Shown here: positions 50,011-62,145 of the stretch, piece after piece
How the letters are laid out: the number at the start of each line of letters is the position of its first letter
Numbering within the stretch: the stretch's first letter is position 1
Notes under the pieces: model-generated
Told to the model about the DNA's origin: nothing
Seen by the model: only the letters and a program-made list of their open reading frames with translations
Database searches by the model: none
Position numbers and translations under genes: made by a program
From: a virus
DNA: 64,000 nucleotides
Strand: one strand, 5' to 3'
IMG/VR virus record: IMGVR_UViG_3300024999_001421

Positions 50011-53000
50011 GTAAATTCATATACGACATGATTCACATGACCGAGGGGGAGAAACTTATTCATTACTGGTGGTTATGGCTAGGAATGATTGTTATGAGTT
50101 TTAGTGTTATTCTATGGAAATTAATTAAGAAGAAGGAGGAAAACCATTGAAGTGGATTTACCTTATCACCATAATCACCGTTGTCTGTGTGTCTGGACTT
50201 GTGATTGGTAGATATTTTAGCGGCAGGAGGGATGGGAAGTGATGATACCACACGACGAATATTGCAGTATGTGCGGTGGTCTTATGGATGGTTCAGAATA
50301 TTACGATGATATTTGCGACGAGTGCGCTATTAAGGAAGAATTATTAGAGGTAGAAGGTGATTGATTATGGAAGTAGGTCAGAAGGTTTACCTTAAAGATC
50401 TGTATAGTAATAAGGAACCGCAAGAATACGAGATAGTAAGAGTCGGCAGAGTTTATTTTTATGCAAGTAGGGGGCCAACTTCTAGGGAGTATAAAATAAA
50501 AATAGATAACCTTGTATGTGTCGATTATCGGAGTTTTAAGGTTTATCTATTAATACAGGATTACCTTGATGAGCAGGAGTTTTACTCCTTGCACCTGGAA
50601 ATAGAAAATGCTTTTAGGTACGGAAACAAGAAGCAGTTTACTCTCGATCAACTCAGGCAGATTAAACGGATTATTGACGGAGGGGAGGAAGTAGAGTGAA
50701 ACAACGTATTGAACCGGCAGACTTAGAGGGACTTACCGATGTTCAGAAGCAGAAACTTCGGGAGTTGCGGAAACCACAGGACGGCGATGCTATATTTATT
50801 CCTACAGGAACAAGGTTCGGTGACGGGTATGGTAAATGGGAAGATGAATTATCGGATGAAGATAGTGTGTACTATATCGGAAATATAGAGGGAATTGATA
50901 ATGAAAGTCAAGTTAGTAAGGAACCTTGCCTACTACTACCAGAGTATGCTAATGATAATTATTTTGAGATAATGATAAAAGATTGTCTAATCCTCTTGTC
51001 TATTGGGCAGATGATTGAGGTATTAAAAGAATATGATAGATATAATAGACTACCAAGAATTACACATAATTATGATTCGGGGAATAATTATATTGACGTT
51101 GAGTTTTACGGTAAAGATAGGCTTATTTCTACTGAAAACCTAATAAATGATAATAAATGCAACGAACTCTGTGACGTTCTCTGGCAGGCAGTAAAGGAAC
51201 TACTATAATGCCCTTCGACTACACCAAAACAAACATGCGAACCGGAATACTGTCTTGGGTGCGATAGAAAGTTGACCGCTTCGGAGAGGGCAGAGGGATA
51301 TTGTGAGAGATGTGGGGAGGAAGTGGGTAATGAGTAATATATGGTGTCAGTTGTGCAAACAGAAGATGAAAAACATTACTGTAATAATTAACGGAAAGTC
51401 ATATGATATATGTAAGCATTGCGCTTCCCTTTTACCCATGCCAGAGAAAGGAAGTGCTTGCTAAAATGAAAACAACATCAATCCGTAACTGCCAGGTGTG
51501 TGGAAAACCCTTTGTTGCTGGCGACATAGTATATTTTGTACCGCTTGACAACAACATAGTTTGCCCTGTATGTGCCGCAATACACCCTGATAGAAAGAAA
51601 AGAGTTGTTGATGGTGAAAGTATCTGTAGTCCTACAACTATCCGCTACGACGTTCTTATGGAGATTCTAATGCGTGGCGGGGTTATGCCTACACCTAACG
51701 ATGAAAGTTTTTTGCGGTGGGTTAGCCAGTGGGATGATGAAACTGCGGTTGCGTTGGGTAGGTTACTGGAAAAGTGCTTGAAGGTGGGTGGTAACCATAA
51801 CTAACTTAAAAGAATTGGCTATTGCATTATTCAACGATGTGCCGCTTACAATTTTCCTTATTCTTGATGTTTTTATTATTCTCCATGAACTTGGTGTAAT
51901 ATAACTGAAGGAGGTTAACCGTTGAGCAATAAAACCATAAACAACATAACCGAAGCAGAAATAGAGGCTAATGGTAAAGCGAAGGTAGATATTTGTTGTA
52001 ATGAATGTTCCTATAATACCGGATTAATGGACTGCAAAAGTGCAGTATTCAAGGTAAATATGCAAGGTGGGTATTTTATGTATGACGGTGAAGGTGGATC
52101 GGAAAGTAAGTGTCCCGTTTGTGGTCAGGACAGTTTGACCACTAGAGACTAGGAGGTTAACCGTTGAAAATACAATTCTATTCGATACCAAAATGGGCGA
52201 AGTATATTGCCATGGATGATAACGGTAAATGGTGGGCGTTTGAGGTTGAACCGGAACTGTCTGAGGATGAAAAGGAATGGAATTCTAGTGCTGGACGATT
52301 GGAAGAAGTCTATATTGAATGCAGTAGTACACTAAGGGAGGTTAATCGTTGAGTAATAAAGATTTATGCCATCATTGCACTAGGTTTAGCAATGCAATAC
52401 ATAGTGAACCTTGCCATAGGTGTAGCGCACTGAACGGTGATGGATATAAAAGTTACTGGGTTGATAGAAGGAGTTTTAAAGGCAGGTTATTTTTAAGGTT
52501 ATCGTCTATGTTTAAATAACTTCCACCACGGAAACTTCTTAACCGGTTGATAAGTAAATTGTAGGGGTGAGAGAATGAAGATAAAATTAGTAATACTAAT
52601 AATAACGCTTCTTATTTGGGTTGGTTTTGTCGGAAAACATGTTGCTACTGATAAAATAAATCCTGTTTCCGCAGAGCAGTCAGAAGTTGAATTAACTAAA
52701 ATATTTACTATCGAACAATTAAACGACATGGATTATGGTCTTTATAAGTTCAACACTGATTTTTACTCTGGTGCTATATTGAAGTTTAGTGACGGTTACG
52801 GTATTAAGTATTCTATCGGTTGGACTTATCGCGGTTAAATAACTTTTTCTATCGCGGCAACTTCTTTTCTGACCTCCGCCACGACTCTATAAATTCATCA
52901 ACACGATGAACACGACTAATAAGATGCTCAACTTTTTATGGAGTTAGGCATTTAGAAAGGAGTTTTCATGGATCCTGAAAAAATACATGAATCAAAAGCA

Positions 53001-53221
53001 CGTTGCCCGAAATGTAAATCTAAAAATTTAATTTTAACCGAAATAGCAGAAACTAGAATAGTATGGAATCAGGTTAATGGTTACATAGATAGAAATGACG
53101 GAATCCAGGAATCAGGAAACATAACAGGGATTCATGGTCAATGTGATGAATGTAATCATAAATGGAAATTTAGATGTTTGCAAATAACTGATTTAACAGA
53201 AGAATAACCGCTTCGGCGGTT

Positions 53222-54109
53222 TTATTTTTTCCAAAACTTCCACCATGACCGCTTACTTTGTGCCGCTAAAATATCCTCGTTCTGCTTCTTTATCCACTCG
53301 TATTCCTTTAGTATATTTTCAGCATTACTATAACTATCATTCTTAACATTTTCTATGGCGGCTAATATTTCTTTATTCTCATTATTCTTCTCTCTCTTTA
53401 ATTCCTCAAACATGGAAACTGCTAACTCCTGTTGTTGGGCCAACATAATCTCGAAGTATTCTCTCTGCTTATCTAGTTCGTGCCTACTTTTCTGCTTAAT
53501 GTCGGCCAGAGCAATAGTAAAGTTATTTATAGCGGCGGTGTATGCGTTTAATTGATCTTGGGTGACAAAATTTTCTACAACGGAAGGAATGTACTCTGAC
53601 ACTTCTGAGTTTTCCACCGTTTCTACTTCTTGCTTTATATCCTGCTCCAATTCTTCCACTTCTTCTACTAATGGAATTTTAACCCCATCCGGTTTTCCAT
53701 GCCGCCACTTTTCCAGGTTTTCTATGCTAATCATCTTCTTATTTCTATCCCACAGATAAGGCATACCGTCTTTGTTTATGCGGTTTCTAATAGTTTTCGT
53801 GGTGCAATCAAGATACTTTGCCGCCTCTTCTACGCTGAGATATTCATTTTCTGCTTTTCCCACTAATCTGATTGTCACTTTTCCCACTTCCTCCGTGTTT
53901 TCTATCTTGTTTCTATCTAAATTTCTAGCTAAATACATCTTAAGTGCATTACTTTTAGCTATTAAAACCTTATAATCATAATCATCATTATCAAGATTAT
54001 TATATATGTGCGAATTTTCTATGAATTTTCTATGCAATTTCTCACTAAATCCGTTCCTACTTCCTGCTTTCTCATAGAAACTCTCCAACTTCCTAACTGC
54101 CTGTCCCAT
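53222..54109 (-). CDS. HTH + coiled-coil + amphipathic-tail protein (Par/RacA/TubY-like)
   Basis: YLSVEEAAKYLDCTTKTIRNRI, long coil, KRSWWKFWKK end; GGAGG RBS before ATG at 54109. Confidence 0.6.
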   Translation of the reverse strand: MGQAVRKLESFYEKAGSRNGFSEKLHRKFIENSHIYNNLDNDDYDYKVLIAKSNALKMYLARNLDRNKIENTEEVGKVTIRLVGKAENEYLSVEEAAKYLDCTTKTIRNRINKDGMPYLWDRNKKMISIENLEKWRHGKPDGVKIPLVEEVEELEQDIKQEVETVENSEVSEYIPSVVENFVTQDQLNAYTAAINNFTIALADIKQKSRHELDKQREYFEIMLAQQQELAVSMFEELKREKNNENKEILAAIENVKNDSYSNAENILKEYEWIKKQNEDILAAQSKRSWWKFWKK

Positions 54110-54149
54110 CAATTTTCCCTCCACTCTAAAATTTCCATAGCGGAGAGTC

Positions 54150-54265
54150 TTGACATTTTGACCGCATTTGCTTAAAATAACAATAGCAAAGCGAGCAGAG
54201 AACGCCTCCGCTTTTGGATAAAGACACCCATTCCGGCCAAGGTTGAGGGTGTCTTTCGGCATTTA
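54150..54265 (+). ncRNA. Candidate antisense countertranscript (promoter included)
   Basis: TTGACA-17-TAAAAT (54150-54178), then AAAGACACCC..GGGTGTCTTT hairpin; antisense to the leader of the 53222-54109 gene. Confidence 0.6.
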
Positions 54266-54686
54266 TTTGACAATTATCTTACCATTACCCGATAAATATT
54301 TCAATGTAATTATTTAAACCCGTCGAATTCGACGGGTTTTTGTTTTATCCAAAGGAGCAACAGCCGGAACTACCACGGAAAGCATTATAACACTCAACAC
54401 TATCCACCAATACCTGCTTACCGTTATTCACCCTGTTTTTGTTTGCAGATTTTAGGGCGGTATCGTTGAGTATCTTGATGCCATCCTCGCTTATATTTCT
54501 ATTAATCGTGCAAACGCCGTTGTCCACCACGAGTTCGATGTAATCTCCATAATTTTTAAAGTCAATCTCCAAACATAACCCCCCTTTATCTTTTGCGAAC
54601 ACTTGTTTTATGTTATCTTATATAATATACGAAAATACACATAACTTTCAATACCTAAGTTACCGTTATTTTCCGACAAAATACTA

Positions 54687-55067
54687 TTACGAATTTCTTG
54701 CTTTTGTAATAGTGCTTAATAATTCCTCGATAATTGTCGAAGGTATGCGTTCATCATACGCCCTTTTAGCAAGGATCATATACGGCATAGTCTTTTTGTC
54801 AATTAATAATTGCTTTAATTCATCAGTCATGGCCTCGTTAATCTCCGTAATGTCAAAAAATGTACGGGCAGAGTCATGAAAGAAATACAGGGGACTTACG
54901 TTTAGCGCATCCGCTAACTTTTCAACGGTAGTGATGCCGGGATTTTTACGCTCACCCCTTTCAATTTGACCAATCGTGTTTAGGGCCACTTTAGCTATTT
55001 CAGCCAACTTCTCCATTGAATAACCACGCCTCATTCTTAGGTTGTGCAGTTTATCCTTTAATTCCAT
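54687..55067 (-). CDS. CI-like XRE repressor
   Basis: LRMRRGYSMEKLAEIAKVALNTIGQIERG..NPG; divergent from Cro. Confidence 0.85.
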   Translation of the reverse strand: MELKDKLHNLRMRRGYSMEKLAEIAKVALNTIGQIERGERKNPGITTVEKLADALNVSPLYFFHDSARTFFDITEINEAMTDELKQLLIDKKTMPYMILAKRAYDERIPSTIIEELLSTITKARNS

Positions 55068-55273
55068 TTTAATATTCCCCCATTTTCATTATCTCATAAT
55101 ACCTAATACAGCATACAAACTTTTCTATTTAACCACAATTAGGGACAATGTTTTACCTAAAACGGTTGACAATATACCTTAAAAGGTATATACTGTACTT
55201 AATGGACAAACAATATTTTTTTAAACAACTCCTACCTAAATGGGTAGGGCTTTACCGAAAGGAGGCTTTAAGT

Positions 55274-55513
55274 TTGAATCTAAAGTTAGTCGGGCAGAAC
55301 ATTTGCCGACTGAGAAAAAAGCAGGGTATCTTACAACAAGACTTATCTGAGTTGACCGGATTAACTCAAAGCAATATATCAAATATCGAAAACGGTAATA
55401 CGGGTGACATTTACTTAGGCACCATAGCCAAAATTGCTATCGCCTTAGAGTGCAAAATATCTGATTTAACTTGGGAGTCTGGTTCTGAATCAGATGTGTC
55501 AGAAATAGTATAG
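55274..55513 (+). CDS. Cro-like XRE regulator
   Basis: LRKKQGILQQDLSELTGLTQSNISNIENG; GGAGG RBS before TTG. Confidence 0.8.
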   Translation: MNLKLVGQNICRLRKKQGILQQDLSELTGLTQSNISNIENGNTGDIYLGTIAKIAIALECKISDLTWESGSESDVSEIV

Positions 55514-55583
55514 CACACTTTTACTTTCAAATGTGCAATTATAGGCATTTGTAAAAGTTTTTTATAACCGGGTGGGTGCCCGG

Positions 55584-55754
55584 TTATTCCTTAACTAACT
55601 CTCTAACTTTCTTAATATTACTATCGACATATTTTCTAATTGCATTTTCTAATTCCTCAGTAACAGATTTATTATTCACCGTAGCAATCATCTTTAACTT
55701 TTGCATCAATTCAGCATCTAAATTTAAACTGGTTTTTAGTTTGTCGGCCATCAT
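55584..55754 (-). CDS. RHH-like regulator (not in ORF track)
   Basis: KTSLNLDAELMQKLKMIATVNNKSVTEELENAIRKY. Confidence 0.55.
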   Translation of the reverse strand: MMADKLKTSLNLDAELMQKLKMIATVNNKSVTEELENAIRKYVDSNIKKVRELVKE

Positions 55755-55809
55755 ATCACGCCCCTATAAAATTATTCTAATATTTTTATTATATACTGAA
55801 AAAAAGCTA

Positions 55810-55838
55810 TTGACAAGGTGAGGATATACGGTTATACT
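55810..55838 (+). promoter_or_regulatory. Near-consensus sigma-A promoter
   Basis: TTGACA-17-TATACT. Confidence 0.75.
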
Positions 55839-56102
55839 TCAAATATGGATTGGCAAAGATTGCACATTGAAGAAACATACATATAAAATTCTATGGAGGT
55901 ATACAGAATGGCAAAATGTAGAAGCGACTGAAACCTGCCGGTTAGTTAGAAAAAATAACCGGGGGTGCAGGGATGATTAAATGTAGGAGCGATTGAGCAA
56001 CCAAAGACCACACACGAACCAAATTTTATAAAGGGGGAGAATGTAGCATGGTGATACGGAGCGCATATATTACAACAACTAAATTGAAAGGTTGACGAGC
56101 CT

Positions 56103-56276
56103 ATGAGACATAGGGAAGCACGTTGCAGCAAATGCAAAAAACTCCTTGGGAGATACAGTATAGCGCAGGATTTAGAGATTCAATGTCCGCGCTGTAAAAC
56201 CTTAAACGTATATAACGGTAGTCTACAATTGAATATAAATTTAAACCCAGAGAACCTTAGAGTACCAGCGGTTTAA
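56103..56276 (+). CDS. Mu Com-like zinc-ribbon regulator (not in ORF track)
   Basis: RCSKCKKLL..EIQCPRCKTLN. Confidence 0.7.
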   Translation: MRHREARCSKCKKLLGRYSIAQDLEIQCPRCKTLNVYNGSLQLNINLNPENLRVPAV

Positions 56277-56335
56277 ACTTCGAGAGAGCCTTTGAGCACC
56301 AGTGAAGTTTAACTACTGGTACTCTTTTTGTCGTT

Positions 56336-56872
56336 TTGTATGATAATGGAGGTTTTGTGATTAAAAATAAATATGTTATTAATGGAAATTTAGCAATAAT
56401 TTATGTTGAGCGTAATAACGGTGATACCTTAGAGGTTTTAATCGATGCTGTAAATTTAGAAAAACTATTTTCTGCTATTTCTTTGTCTGTTTATAAAACA
56501 AACTCAAGCGGTCATTATATTGCTGCCCGATATAAAAATAGAGTAAGAATTGCATTACACAGACTTTTAGTAAACGCCCCAGACGGATATTGCGTTGACC
56601 ACATCAACCATAACACATTAGATAATAGGATGGAAAATCTAAGAATTGCAACAACATCGGAAAACGCACAAAACCGCAAGGGCGCGCAGAGAAATAGTAA
56701 ATCTGGTATTCGTGGAGTTTGCCTTCATAAAAATGGGTGGTTGGCGTACTGTAGGATCCAGGGGAGGTTAATATATCTTGGACTGTTTAGTACGGCAGAA
56801 AAAGCAGATGAAGTAGTCAAGGATTATAGACGTAAGCACATGCCATACTCCTATAAGGATATAGCTAATTAA
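56336..56872 (+). CDS. HNH endonuclease with an AP2-like C-terminus
   Basis: LHRL..VDHINHNTLDNRMENLR..SGIRGV..YLGLF. Confidence 0.88.
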   Translation: MYDNGGFVIKNKYVINGNLAIIYVERNNGDTLEVLIDAVNLEKLFSAISLSVYKTNSSGHYIAARYKNRVRIALHRLLVNAPDGYCVDHINHNTLDNRMENLRIATTSENAQNRKGAQRNSKSGIRGVCLHKNGWLAYCRIQGRLIYLGLFSTAEKADEVVKDYRRKHMPYSYKDIAN

Positions 56873-56879
56873 TGCGGAG

Positions 56880-57125
56880 GTGATAAGAATTAGCGGATCT
56901 ATAAGAAAGATAGACCCGACAGGGCGTGTTGTTATGCCGATTGATTTCCGGGAACAACTTAACTTAAAAATCGGTGACGATGTAGAAATTGAGATGATGG
57001 GTGGCGGCATATTCGTCAAGGCATATCGGCCAAATTGCTGTATGTGCGGATCTCAGACCGATTTAAGACCGTACAGAGGATATCTAATATGCCAAGGTTG
57101 CCGGGGCGGTATAGGGGCGTTGTAA
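56880..57125 (+). CDS. AbrB/SpoVT-family regulator
   Basis: RKIDPTGRVVMP..REQL and a C-terminal Cys cluster. Confidence 0.85.
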   Translation: MIRISGSIRKIDPTGRVVMPIDFREQLNLKIGDDVEIEMMGGGIFVKAYRPNCCMCGSQTDLRPYRGYLICQGCRGGIGAL

Positions 57126-58089
57126 GGAGCAATGCCGATGCCCTTAACTGTGATTAATTTTTTTAGCGAGGTGAAAAATGTGTGGACAGGCAAGGGAACG
57201 TGTTGCAAGAGGTGTATTGAATATGGTGCTGAGTATAAGGGATTTTATCACATAAAATCATGCGGAACTGAGCAATGTGATTTTCACAATAAAGATTGTA
57301 TTAAGTGCAGTAAAGGTAAATGCATTGCCTTTCAACCAGAATCACAGACAGATTAAAGGTGGGTGCATCGGTGAAAATACCAATAATTGAAACCTGCGCT
57401 AACTACAAGTTTTGGGAACTAGTAGAAGGTAAAGTACCGTTTAAATGCACCAAACACGGCATAAAGTTTTTAACGCCGGGGTGCAATCCGTGTTATTCAT
57501 TTGAGGCGAAGGAGGACAAGCAGGATGAAGTTTAAGGAGTGGGATCGGGTTATCTATAACTGTCCAGAAGAAGGACTTGTTAATGAAAAAGCAACCGTAC
57601 TAGATTCTAAAGGTATCTATAGATTAAGAATGGATAGCATGAAAGACTGTTTCCATAATTGCTTTGGTAAGTGTAAAGAAGGTCACGGTAAATATGCTAT
57701 AGAGTCAGAACTAACCCTAATCACCAACAAAGAAGCATGAACACACAAGAATACTCAGAACTATCAAGAATAACTGCATCATGGGCGCAGGGTATTCGCA
57801 ATGGACAAGCAGTATTAGTCGCAGAAGCACTTGAAAGAGTGTCGGCGTACTGCCTGGAGCAGTCGAGTGTGCCGGATGAATATATGAGGGAGTCGTTCAA
57901 ATGTCCGTGTGTCCATTCTGTGGAAGTGAATTGGTGGAAGTTACTGTCCCCAGCACCGATACGGAAGTTGTTGCAGGGTATCTTATCGAGAGGGAAACGC
58001 AAGACTACCACCTGATGTGTCCGAATGTGGATTGTTTTGAGGCGGTGGAGAGTGAACCAGACATAATACCATTTTAAGGAGGATTAACT

Positions 58090-58689
58090 TTGAACGAAAA
58101 ATTCCACAATTTATTTACCGAGATTAAAAGACTTGGTGCTTTAGAATTATTTGATTACATGATTAATAACGGTTACTTTACTGCACCGGCAAGTAGTGCA
58201 GGTTCTAAGCATGGTGCAGTAGAGGGCGGTTTAGTTCTACACTCGCTCAGCGTTACCGACATTATGCTTAAACTAAGGGATACACTAGCACCGCAGATTA
58301 GTCGTGAAAGTTGTATTATCGTGGGATTAACTCACGATATAGGCAAAACCGCATATTACGGCAAGGACTTGTATGTGCCAAACATGATACAGGGCAAGAA
58401 GAAGGGTGAGGGCATAATCCAGAGTGCCGCCAAACCCTTTGAGCATAACAAGGACAGACTAGAAATTGCTCACGAATACGCCTCCCTGCATATCGTAAGC
58501 AAATTTATTCCTTTACTCGAAGAAGAAGCGCAGGCAATTTTATACCATAATTTGTTATATGTGCCAAGTGGTAGGGACGTAAAAAACCGTGAGCATCCAT
58601 TGACGCTGTTGTTACATTGGGCTGATTACTGGGAGGCGTTTGTGGTGAGTAAGGATATTATACCAGTGAGTAGCGAGGTGATGTTTTAA
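58090..58689 (+). CDS. HD-domain phosphohydrolase
   Basis: APAS..HGAVEGGLVLHS..HDIGK..LHWAD. Confidence 0.85.
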   Translation: MNEKFHNLFTEIKRLGALELFDYMINNGYFTAPASSAGSKHGAVEGGLVLHSLSVTDIMLKLRDTLAPQISRESCIIVGLTHDIGKTAYYGKDLYVPNMIQGKKKGEGIIQSAAKPFEHNKDRLEIAHEYASLHIVSKFIPLLEEEAQAILYHNLLYVPSGRDVKNREHPLTLLLHWADYWEAFVVSKDIIPVSSEVMF

Positions 58690-59652
58690 ATGGCATTAAT
58701 GAGAAAAGCGCAGCGCAAAAAGGCGAAACTAAGACTAGGCATAAGTGGTCCAGCTGGTGGAGGCAAGACATTGGGCGCACTCCTATTTGCCTATGGAATA
58801 ACTGGTGATTGGAATGACATCTGCATTATTGACAGCGAAAACTATTCCGGCGACCTGTATGCCAATAGCACCAAGGCAGGCGTTGAAATAAAAGAATATA
58901 ACATCATATCCCTCGCTGCCCCATACACACCAGAAAAATATGTTTCAGCCATTAAGGAGTGTGAGAGTGCAGGAATAAAAGTTGTGATAATTGATTCTCT
59001 AACTCATGCTTGGGCCGGTGTTGGTGGATTGCTTGATAAAAAAGGTCAGATAGAAAAAAGTAATAAACCAGGAGTAAATTCATGGACAGCATGGAGAGAT
59101 ATTACGCCAATGCACAATAACCTTGTAGACACTATTTTATCTAGTAAATGTCATATAGTTGCCACGCTTCGCGCAAAGATGGAGCATGTTCAAGAAAAAG
59201 ACCCATCCAGCGGTAGAGTTGTGGTACGTAAAATAGGTATGAACCCAGTCCAAAGGGACGGCATGGAATACGAATTTACGACTTTCGTAGACGTAGATCA
59301 AGACCATCAATGCACATCAAGCAAAGATAGAACATCTATTGTAGATGGCAGGGTATTTCAGTTGTTGCCGGAACTAGGAAAGCAATTTTTGGAATGGCTT
59401 GAAAGTGGTATAGATGAAATACCTCAGTCAGTCAATTGGCCAGCATTTTGGGCAGGAGTTAAATCAAAACTTGGTTACAGCGAAGATGATGTTCATGGTA
59501 TTGCCAGTGCTATGCGCAAAAAGAGGATTACCAGTCTTTCGGATTGGTCGCGCGAAGAAGTGTCTGAGTTAATGGAAAAACTTAAACAGGTATATGCAGA
59601 GGATCAGGCAAAACTTAAAGAAATGGAAGGACAAGCACCATCCGGTGAATAA
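58690..59652 (+). CDS. AAA ATPase, Sak4-like recombination protein
   Basis: GPAGGGKT, IIDSLTHAW, QRDGMEYEF. Confidence 0.8.
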   Translation: MALMRKAQRKKAKLRLGISGPAGGGKTLGALLFAYGITGDWNDICIIDSENYSGDLYANSTKAGVEIKEYNIISLAAPYTPEKYVSAIKECESAGIKVVIIDSLTHAWAGVGGLLDKKGQIEKSNKPGVNSWTAWRDITPMHNNLVDTILSSKCHIVATLRAKMEHVQEKDPSSGRVVVRKIGMNPVQRDGMEYEFTTFVDVDQDHQCTSSKDRTSIVDGRVFQLLPELGKQFLEWLESGIDEIPQSVNWPAFWAGVKSKLGYSEDDVHGIASAMRKKRITSLSDWSREEVSELMEKLKQVYAEDQAKLKEMEGQAPSGE

Positions 59653-61350
59653 GGAGTTGGAATTAACCGTAACATCTGCCGACATTGCGGAAATAGAAAG
59701 ACTCATTATTACGGTAAATAGACACAACGAGGAAATGGAAAAATGGATTAAGGAAGGTTAGGAGGTAAGACATGATACAAGTCAAGGAGTTTCTTAATTA
59801 TCAAGAAGCGCAGGAAAAAGTGATTAATGATTGGTTAGAGGAAATGGAAGGCAAAATTGTCGTTAACAATATTCTATATAGTGTTTCCGCTTTTCAGTCT
59901 AGCAATTTTACTGGTTGCACTGGCGACGCATTTTCTGGAGTTTTGATTATCTACAGAGAAAAATAGTTACACGAACATAAAATATACTGCACCGGATACA
60001 GTGATGGGCGTATATCGGCAAGGAGAAATGCCGTGGTTGCCCGGTGGGTACAGGGTGCGGTTAGAGGGAGAGCGATATAATGAGTATATCATGTAACTGT
60101 AGCGTCGAAATAGACGAAGTGCCAGAATTATGTGAAGAATCTTACCCAAAAGCACGAAAGGAACATATCTGCTGTGAGTGCAGAGAGATTATTAAAAAGG
60201 GACAGAACTATCAGTTATTTACCGGGAAATGGGAAGGTGAATTTGGTACATTCAAAACCTGTATGGCGTGCGCAGCAATTAGAAAACACTACTGCCCTAA
60301 TGGTTCTGTTTTTGAAGAATTGAGAAATCATCTTACCGACTGTCTTGGGTTTGATTATACCGAAGTTCCAGAGGAGGACGATTGAATGCCATACGTAACG
60401 GTAGAAGTAGAAAGCGGCAGGTTAACCCTGCTCGGAGGCGACGAGGCAATGAGGGATGTTATCGAACAATACAGTCCTATCGAGCGAGCGTTTAGGCTGG
60501 TATTTGAGGACTTATACCGCTATCCCGATGGAACGCATTTAAATGTGTACGGTAGCGTTCGCGGCAGGGGATTGGACGAGCATATGCTTTGGAGTGACGT
60601 GGAGGTAGCTAACTAATCACAGAATGACCGGAAACAGCACTCAGAGCGTTGTATGGACGAGTAAATGTATCTTAGGTATAAACGGAGGTTAGACAATGCA
60701 AGTAGAGATTAACGACAACTACAGAATATCAACTGATCCGCATAATTATATTTTAGAAACGAAACGCATTGCCGGCGAAAAATCAGCAGAACCGGGCAGG
60801 GTTATGTGGGATGCGGTTGGGTTTTATTCCTCATTGGGCGGGGCGATAAACGGTTGCCTGTCCTGGAGCATTAAAACGGAGGATTTAAGGGACGTACAGG
60901 AGATTAAAAGTTATTTAGATACTTTAGGCGGCGAAATCCTGAAAAGCCTTCAAAAACACTTTGAGGGGGTTAATTAGTGGAGAGTTTGGAGCGAGCAATT
61001 GCGGCAGAGACAGAGGTTAGAAAGTTAAAAAACGATATGGTTGAAATTCGGCAAAGATTAGATAAACTCCGTAAATTGCGGGAATTAAAGAAGGATTACG
61101 ATGAATACAAACTTCAGTCAGAGGTTGAGAAGTTGCGGAAGTTGCTATCGAAATTAGAATTTTGTGTATATGAAGGAGGATCTGCTTATGGCGGTTGTCA
61201 GGGTATTTATAATTGTCCATATTGCCATATGTCTAAGCAGGATGGTCATTCTAGCGACTGCGAGATTGCTCAGGTTTTATCGAAAGCACTTTAGTTTTAC
61301 CCTAACCTACTGCATCCGGTAGGCAGAAACTTTGAACGGGAGGTAGTTAA

Positions 61351-61506
61351 ATGTCCGATACGGAAAGACAAGCGTTATCAGCACAAATTAAAGCAGCTCA
61401 ACAGAAAATGTATGATGCCGTGACTAATTTCAACCTAACCGCTACCGATGTGGTGAGAGCGTCGCAGGAGTTGGACAAGTTGATTGTGCAATATATGAGG
61501 GGGTAG
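61351..61506 (+). CDS. Spo0E-like aspartyl-phosphate phosphatase (not in ORF track)
   Basis: 51 aa with the SQELD signature; GGGAGG RBS. Confidence 0.8.
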   Translation: MSDTERQALSAQIKAAQQKMYDAVTNFNLTATDVVRASQELDKLIVQYMRG

Positions 61507-62145
61507 GGTAATGGAAATAGAAGGAGTTATAAATTTACCGAGGTTTGATTTAAACCATTTTACTATTGGTTGTGCGGTTGCGTTTACTCTTGTCGGAGAT
61601 ATCGACTATAGATACGGACTTATAATTGATATTTCTGAATCTAGGATAGTAATAAACTATATTAACTCTAATTTGATAATTGATAGCTGTTTTGTTTTAG
61701 CTAAAAATGTAGTTAGCGGCGATCAGAAAATAAAAAAGTTGGTTGCCGAATGGGAGTAAGTATGAAAATAACGAACCCCAATAAGACACTGGGAATGGCA
61801 GATTTAGACAACTTCATTGATTGGCCTAATCATGTCGTTTATGTTGATAACTTACAGAAGTTGGCTGAGTATTGCGGTATGAATTGGTCGCCGTTGGCCA
61901 ATGAGGTTGAATGGCGAGGGTGGATTTGGAGGAATTTGAGGTAGGAAAAATAAAACTTAGGAGGTAATAAAATGTATAAATATAAAATTTCTAAGGATCA
62001 ACTTGCTATTCGTAATGAAAAAGATAAAATCGTAGGTTATCGCTCAGAGAAGGAAATGATTAGTATTATCAACTCTACTTTTGGCCTTAACCGTGTTGTT
62101 ACCGGACTGGTTATTAGCTAGTTAACGGCAAAGGAGCAACCGCCG

